Shown here: piece by piece, positions 8,625-12,905 of the stretch | How the letters are laid out: every line of letters begins with the position of its first letter | Position numbering within the stretch: position 1 is the first letter of the stretch | From: a candidate division WOR-3 bacterium | Lineage (GTDB): Bacteria; Hydrothermota; UBA3072; B12-G15 | Direction: 5' to 3' | Length of the DNA: 12,905 bases | NCBI GenBank assembly: GCA_965649055.1 | Contig: CBFGJG010000050.1 | Coordinates: forward strand, 1 to 12,905 | The notes under the pieces: model-generated | Databases searched by the model: none | What the model was told of the DNA's origin: nothing | Seen by the model: only the letters and a program-made list of their open reading frames with translations | Program-made: the position numbers and the translations under genes

Positions 8625-9611
8625 CTAACAGGAGCATTCTATAACCCCTAATGATACAACCTGCATTCCCGGAAATACAACGGATGAATCCAAATGTCCG
8701 AGAATTATTCCTTCATTTTGAGAAATAAGTGTTTCCTGTATTTTCCCGAATGGATTGTAAATCTTTGCAATTATCTTTCCTTTCTGAATATATTCCCCTG
8801 GTTTGATTAAAAATCTTATGATTCCGCTTTTAGAACAAAATGGTTGATTTGAGTATTTTAACCAATTACTGGTAATAGAATCGGAGTATTCTTTATTGAA
8901 CAATTTAATTTCCTGATAGATATCAATCATACCGATTGATTTCATTATGTTTAATATTGAATTTACGCCCCAGAATACATTTTTTTCATCAACAACATAC
9001 GACTGACCGAGTTCCAGTGTTAATGCCGGAATACCATTCAGAAGTAGATTGTACGAAAGGGATTTTTTCAAAAGTTCGGAATCTACAACCTTTATTAAAC
9101 CTGTTAGATCAGAAAATTTCTTAACACTTTCATAAATGTTTTCTGTTATTGTTTCTGTTTTGGGGTCTACTAAAGCGTAAGGGACTGAATTTATCCAGTC
9201 GTTATGCAGATCAATCACAAGGTCCGGATTAGTATCAATAATTGTCGAAAATATTCTGTTAGCAATCCTTTCTGCCAATGTTCCATCTGGATTTCCCGGA
9301 AATGCCCTATTAAGGTCTTCTTCGGTCAATGTAATATTTCTTGATAGTGTCTCAAATCCAATTGGATTCATTATGGGGAATGCATAGATTCTTCCAAATT
9401 TCAGCTGATATTTTTTTAACATCTTGAAAATTTCCTGGATAACAACTATTCCGCCAATCTCTTCACCATGTGAACATGCAGTGAGCCAGATAACAGGTCC
9501 TTCATTTTTACTCCTTATTTCCATCATAGGTAATTTCCTTACAGAAAGGTCTGAAGAAGTAAGTATCTTCAGGAAAGAATATTTTTGAATATTAATTTCC
9601 TTCTCACCCAT
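8625..9611 (-). CDS. M14-like succinylglutamate desuccinylase/aspartoacylase (AstE/AspA) family zinc hydrolase
   Basis: HGEE zinc motif, DLNRAFPG, DLH, catalytic LELG, and a C-terminal barrel-sandwich hybrid (SGIIRFLIKPGEYIQKG). No signal peptide. Substrate unknown. Confidence 0.9.
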   Translation of the reverse strand: MGEKEINIQKYSFLKILTSSDLSVRKLPMMEIRSKNEGPVIWLTACSHGEEIGGIVVIQEIFKMLKKYQLKFGRIYAFPIMNPIGFETLSRNITLTEEDLNRAFPGNPDGTLAERIANRIFSTIIDTNPDLVIDLHNDWINSVPYALVDPKTETITENIYESVKKFSDLTGLIKVVDSELLKKSLSYNLLLNGIPALTLELGQSYVVDEKNVFWGVNSILNIMKSIGMIDIYQEIKLFNKEYSDSITSNWLKYSNQPFCSKSGIIRFLIKPGEYIQKGKIIAKIYNPFGKIQETLISQNEGIILGHLDSSVVFPGMQVVSLGVIECSC

Positions 9612-9627
9612 AAATTATCAATATGTT

Positions 9628-12504
9628 CTAATATAACAGGTTTACCTTTTGAGTTATATTTATCTTATCTCCTTTTATCTTTATAAAGTAAATACCGGGA
9701 GGTGTATTCCTATTCACATTCCATATAAATCTACCTTCTCCTATTCTTACTTTATGCTTTATGACAGTCCTTCCAAGCATATCAAATATTATTATTTCTT
9801 TAATATCTATACCATTGTAATCAATGAAGAATTTTTCTTTTCCAATAATAGGATAGATTTTCACATGGTCTTTAATATTCTCATAAACAGAAACAGATGG
9901 TGTCCCACCACATATTGCAAGTAAGAAAGCATTTTGATTATTGGGAGCCTGTGTCCCTGCTATGACATCAGGATACCCATCAAAATTAATATCATGTGTT
10001 GCCCTGATTGAATAAATTAACCTCTGAGCATCATATGACCATATGATATTTCCACTATTCCCACTAAAACAATAAACCTTTCCAGGAACTTGATTCCCCG
10101 CAAGAACTTCATATTTTCCATCACCATCTAAATCATTTATAATATCTACAGACCAGAAATTGTCTCCTTCACTGAATGACCAGTATATATTGCCATTTGA
10201 ACCATTTAATACATAAAATGTAGAAGAAAGATTTGCTACCGCTATTCCCGGAACATCAGGAGAAATCAATGCAGGAATCTTTACAACCTTTATTACGTTA
10301 TCTCCAACAAACCTTGACCAGATTTTGGAACCATTGGAACCACTTAAACAGAAGACCGAATCACTCCAGGAACCTGCAATAACATCATATATTCCATCCC
10401 CATTTACATCAGGGATTGAAATACAGGACATAACATCACCACCACAATTATATGACCATAAAGGTGAAGATACATACCCTGTAGATGCACCACTTATACA
10501 GTATACCCTTTTATCATAACTATTACCCCATGCACCACATATAACATCCGGAACATTATCGCCGTTAACATCAGGTATATAATCAACAGAACCTATACCA
10601 TCTTGAGCTCTAAAATACCATAAGATATTTCCATTTGAACCTGAAAAACAGTAAACAGCCCTTGGACCACCTCCGGGTGTGCTGTTTCCCCCCACACCTG
10701 CTATTACTTCTCCAATTCCATCTCCGTTAATATCCGGTATGGGTTTCACAGCATATACCCATCCACCTTCACCGTCATAGGAACGAGTGTCATAATACCA
10801 TATGATATTCCCGTTTTTTGCATCTATCACATATACTTTTCTATCTCCCCAAGCGGTTCCAAGTATGATATCGTTTAAACCGTCTGAGTTATAATCATCT
10901 CCCTGTATAAGGCAATTATCACCCCATGAACCGGTATGTGTAACATCTCCAAACTGCCATAATAATACTCCATTCTGAAAGCTGTTTCCAAAGAAAATAT
11001 TTAGATGTTCAGGTGCGTCTGTCCCGGGATAGTATGATTCTACTGCTATATCTGGAATATTGTCATTGTTTATGTCGTCAATTGGTGCTACACAACATAC
11101 ATTTACAGTGAAAGGATAAGACCATATTATTTCTCCACCATTAAAATATACAGAATCTCCAGTAGCACTCAATGATATTGTTGCTGGATTGGAAAATGGG
11201 TCATTTGAATATATGTTCAACAATGCATTGAATGGTATGTTTTGATTTGGATTCACAGTAATCTGTATAGATTCTGTATCACAGGTGGTAATCTGCACGG
11301 GTAGATTATTCCTTGTAAAAAATACTTCATTGCTGAAAACCAGACTATCAATAGTTAAAGTAAGATAACCTTCATTTGTTATCTTGAGATAAAAATCCTT
11401 AACATAGTTTACGCCGACATTACCAAAATCGTATAAGTTGTGTGATAATATCATTGTTGGTTCTGTGAAAACACCTCTACCTGAAAGGCTAATACTTACA
11501 GTATCTTCATCAGGGTCATTTGATAGGATAATAAGATTTGAAGAATAAAAGATGTTATTATCGGGAGAGAAGAAGACTGAAATATTTTTTGTATTCTGTG
11601 GTTGAATTACAACAGGGTATGAGGAACCTTCTGGATAAAACGCTGCTTGATTTGAGAAAATAGTATCAATCACTAAATTTGCATCACCGGTATTTGAAAT
11701 ATTCAATGTAAAGAATCGAATTGAGTCAATCGGAACAAATCCAAAATTATAACTTGTTGGTAAGACCAGAATATCAGGAGTTCCAGCACCACCTAAATCA
11801 ATCTGATAAAAAAGAAAACCTGTTGGTGATGTTCCCCCTGCTGCGACCCATAGATAATTGCCATCCCATGCAAGACCCCAAGGTCTTGTCCCTGGTGAAT
11901 TCAAAGAATCTATTATTAATTTAGTATCCACATTAATCTTGTATATTCTATGAGAACCACCATAATTTCCATCATTACATACCCAAAGATAAGTTCCGTC
12001 CCAGGTAGCGCCCCATGGCTGTGGAATATTTGGTATATTTATACTATCAAGGACAAAACCATTAGTTTTGTTGATTTTATATACACGGCCATCAGGATTG
12101 TAATAAACAGTATGCCAGAGGAATGTTCCGTCATTTGCAAGTCCTGACATATACTCTTTCCAGGAAGGGATTGCATTTATCCTTGCCCCGCTAATTGTAT
12201 CAATGAGAAATATAGAATCAATAGCACCTGAGATATGTTCGGAGACCCATAGATTTCCATTATCATAGGCCAGACCATAACAATCTGCATTCTGTCTCCA
12301 TCTTATTTTCTTTAATATAGTTCCATCTGCAGGATTTATCTTATAGATTGTATCTCCATTTATACCATAGGCACCACACCATAAATATTCACCATCCCAG
12401 CAAAGCCCAGAAGCATTAACCGGTGCAGTAATGGTTTTAATCACACTTTGAGCATAAATATGAGGAAGGATTAAAACAAATAAAATCAAAATTTTTAACC
12501 TCAT
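9628..12504 (-). CDS. large secreted protein: signal peptide, 5-bladed propeller, two ASH/choice-of-anchor-D Ig-like domains, 8-bladed FG-GAP/PQQ-like propeller, T9SS type A sorting-like C-terminal domain
   Basis: Signal MRLKILILFVLILPHIYA|Q. Five G(L)xWDGxxLW repeats. Two 'FG.V...I.N.G...L.I...SNDP..SLS..G' domains (aa ~242-345 and ~348-450). DxNxDGxxD loops. C-terminal KIYP, IFDMLGR, GIYFIKI, TQKVNLL. SD AGGAGG at 12514-12509. Confidence 0.88.
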   Translation of the reverse strand: MRLKILILFVLILPHIYAQSVIKTITAPVNASGLCWDGEYLWCGAYGINGDTIYKINPADGTILKKIRWRQNADCYGLAYDNGNLWVSEHISGAIDSIFLIDTISGARINAIPSWKEYMSGLANDGTFLWHTVYYNPDGRVYKINKTNGFVLDSINIPNIPQPWGATWDGTYLWVCNDGNYGGSHRIYKINVDTKLIIDSLNSPGTRPWGLAWDGNYLWVAAGGTSPTGFLFYQIDLGGAGTPDILVLPTSYNFGFVPIDSIRFFTLNISNTGDANLVIDTIFSNQAAFYPEGSSYPVVIQPQNTKNISVFFSPDNNIFYSSNLIILSNDPDEDTVSISLSGRGVFTEPTMILSHNLYDFGNVGVNYVKDFYLKITNEGYLTLTIDSLVFSNEVFFTRNNLPVQITTCDTESIQITVNPNQNIPFNALLNIYSNDPFSNPATISLSATGDSVYFNGGEIIWSYPFTVNVCCVAPIDDINNDNIPDIAVESYYPGTDAPEHLNIFFGNSFQNGVLLWQFGDVTHTGSWGDNCLIQGDDYNSDGLNDIILGTAWGDRKVYVIDAKNGNIIWYYDTRSYDGEGGWVYAVKPIPDINGDGIGEVIAGVGGNSTPGGGPRAVYCFSGSNGNILWYFRAQDGIGSVDYIPDVNGDNVPDVICGAWGNSYDKRVYCISGASTGYVSSPLWSYNCGGDVMSCISIPDVNGDGIYDVIAGSWSDSVFCLSGSNGSKIWSRFVGDNVIKVVKIPALISPDVPGIAVANLSSTFYVLNGSNGNIYWSFSEGDNFWSVDIINDLDGDGKYEVLAGNQVPGKVYCFSGNSGNIIWSYDAQRLIYSIRATHDINFDGYPDVIAGTQAPNNQNAFLLAICGGTPSVSVYENIKDHVKIYPIIGKEKFFIDYNGIDIKEIIIFDMLGRTVIKHKVRIGEGRFIWNVNRNTPPGIYFIKIKGDKINITQKVNLLY
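9904..11139 (-). repeat. eight ~50-aa FG-GAP/PQQ-like propeller blades (protein-level repeat)
   Basis: Ca-loop motifs at aa 477 DINNDNIPD, 537 DYNSDGLND, 591 DINGDGIGE, 645 DVNGDNVPD, 699 DVNGDGIYD, 745 ALISPDVPG (degenerate), 791 DLDGDGKYE and 838 DINFDGYPD. Most are followed by 'VYC.SG.NG...W'. Confidence 0.85.
11794..12408 (-). repeat. five 44-aa GLxWDGxxLW propeller repeats (protein-level repeat)
   Basis: GLCWDGEYLW (aa 33), GLAYDNGNLW (77), GLANDGTFLW (121), GATWDGTYLW (165) and GLAWDGNYLW (210). Spacing is 44, 44, 44, 45. Confidence 0.85.
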
Positions 12505-12521
12505 ATAACCTCCTTTTTTAA

Positions 12522-12550
12522 AAAATATATTAAAGAAATTATGTTGTCAA
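12522..12550 (-). promoter_or_regulatory. putative sigma70 promoter of the secreted-protein gene
   Basis: TTGACA (12550-12545), 17 nt, TATTTT (12527-12522), or TATATT at 15 nt, just upstream of SD AGGAGG. Confidence 0.55.
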
Positions 12551-12632
12551 GTATTAAAAATATATTTGATGGAAAAGATCATGCACATGGTGGTACAGTT
12601 AAGATAGTGAAGATAGGGGTAATGAATGAAGA

Positions 12633-12660
12633 GAGGATTGCCCTGGGGAGGGCAATCCTC
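12633..12660 (-). terminator. perfect 12-bp GC-rich hairpin; possible minus-strand intrinsic terminator or IS-associated stem-loop
   Basis: GAGGATTGCCCT-GGGG-AGGGCAATCCTC. On the minus strand it is followed by the pyrimidine-rich TCTTCATTCATT. On the plus strand it is followed by AAAGGAG, with no U-tract. Confidence 0.5.
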
Positions 12661-12667
12661 AAAGGAG

Positions 12668-12706
12668 TTGCAAAAACCAATTTTAGAGTTAATAATAACT
12701 CTAAAA
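12668..12706 (+). promoter_or_regulatory. putative promoter of the HTH/transposase gene with an 11-bp perfect inverted repeat centred on the -10
   Basis: TTGCAA (12668-12673), 17 nt, AATAAT (12691-12696). Inverted repeat TTTTAGAGTTA-ATAA-TAACTCTAAAA at 12681-12706. SD AAGGAG at 12707-12712. Confidence 0.5.
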
Positions 12707-12718
12707 AAGGAGTTACCC

Positions 12719-12905
12719 ATGACTTATAATATATTAGCAAATAATAAGTTAAAAGACAAGGAAATTTTATATGATTATAGGAAGAAGATAGTTATGTATT
12801 ATTTTAAAGTAAAGTCATATAGAAAAACAGCGAAGGAGTTTAGGATTAATGTAAAGACTGTGATTAAATGGGTAAGAAGATACAAGATTTATGGTTTAAC
12901 AGGTC
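12719..12905 (+). CDS. 5' end (partial) of an HTH-domain protein, probable IS481/IS630-like transposase
   Basis: Not in the ORF track. ATG 12719 with SD, open to the window end: MTYNILANNKLKDKEILYDYRKKIVMYYFKVKSYRKTAKEFRINVKTVIKWVRRYKIYGLTG. 'TA..F.....TV.KW..RY...G..G' is the N-terminal HTH pattern of these transposases. The catalytic DDE domain is not visible. Confidence 0.75.
   Translation, partial: MTYNILANNKLKDKEILYDYRKKIVMYYFKVKSYRKTAKEFRINVKTVIKWVRRYKIYGLTG

Larger units (their letters stand above)
12661..12905 (+). mobile_element. probable left part of an insertion sequence (boundary uncertain)
   Basis: Transposase-like HTH ORF with its own promoter, SD and palindrome. No terminal inverted repeat can be confirmed without the right end. 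Confidence 0.5.

Noticed and set aside
3983..9611. 'Aspartate-modification cluster' including rimO
   Set aside because: rimO lies in a different, convergent operon and is a widespread housekeeping gene. The shared Asp theme is probably coincidental.
8298..12147. Short plus-strand ORFs at 8298, 8936, 9649, 10325, 11721 and 11950
   Set aside because: Shadows of well-supported minus-strand genes.
11794..12408. Calling the N-terminal propeller a glutaminyl cyclase
   Set aside because: The repeat pattern is similar, but the FxEG, EGWG and LNGIA active-site motifs of bacterial/plant-type QC are not visible.
12681..12706. Resemblance of TTTTAGAG to type II CRISPR repeats/tracrRNA (GTTTTAGAG)
   Set aside because: Single copy, only 8 nt match, and no spacers or cas genes in the window.
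12541..12729. 62-aa plus-strand ORF
   Set aside because: No SD, it starts within the opposite promoter, it runs through both hairpins, and it has no recognisable motif. A gene relic cannot be fully excluded.

Overview
This is an AT-rich bacterial chromosomal window that uses the standard genetic code and is very densely packed, with most genes overlapping. Left to right it holds: the 3' end of a CDP-alcohol phosphatidyltransferase, ino1 (myo-inositol-1-phosphate synthase), tmk and an S41 C-terminal protease (+); a rhomboid protease (-); a 60-bp divergent promoter region; rimO, an SLH-like lipoprotein, recJ and pgeF/yfiH (+); and pcm, an M14 AstE/AspA-family hydrolase and a 958-aa secreted protein (-). 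The secreted protein has two beta-propellers, two Ig-like domains and a T9SS-type C-terminal domain. The window ends with a non-coding stretch carrying two perfect inverted repeats and the 5' end of an HTH-led, probably IS481/IS630-like transposase. The secreted protein's style suggests an FCB-superphylum-related lineage such as WOR-3, which is an impression rather than a demonstration. Most genes are housekeeping and I cannot demonstrate a new system. The best leads are the structured leader of the putative IS, the Bacteroidota-like secretion and glycosylation signatures, the inositol-lipid gene pair, a candidate ATA start for tmk, and a shared-(-35) divergent promoter that appears leaderless.
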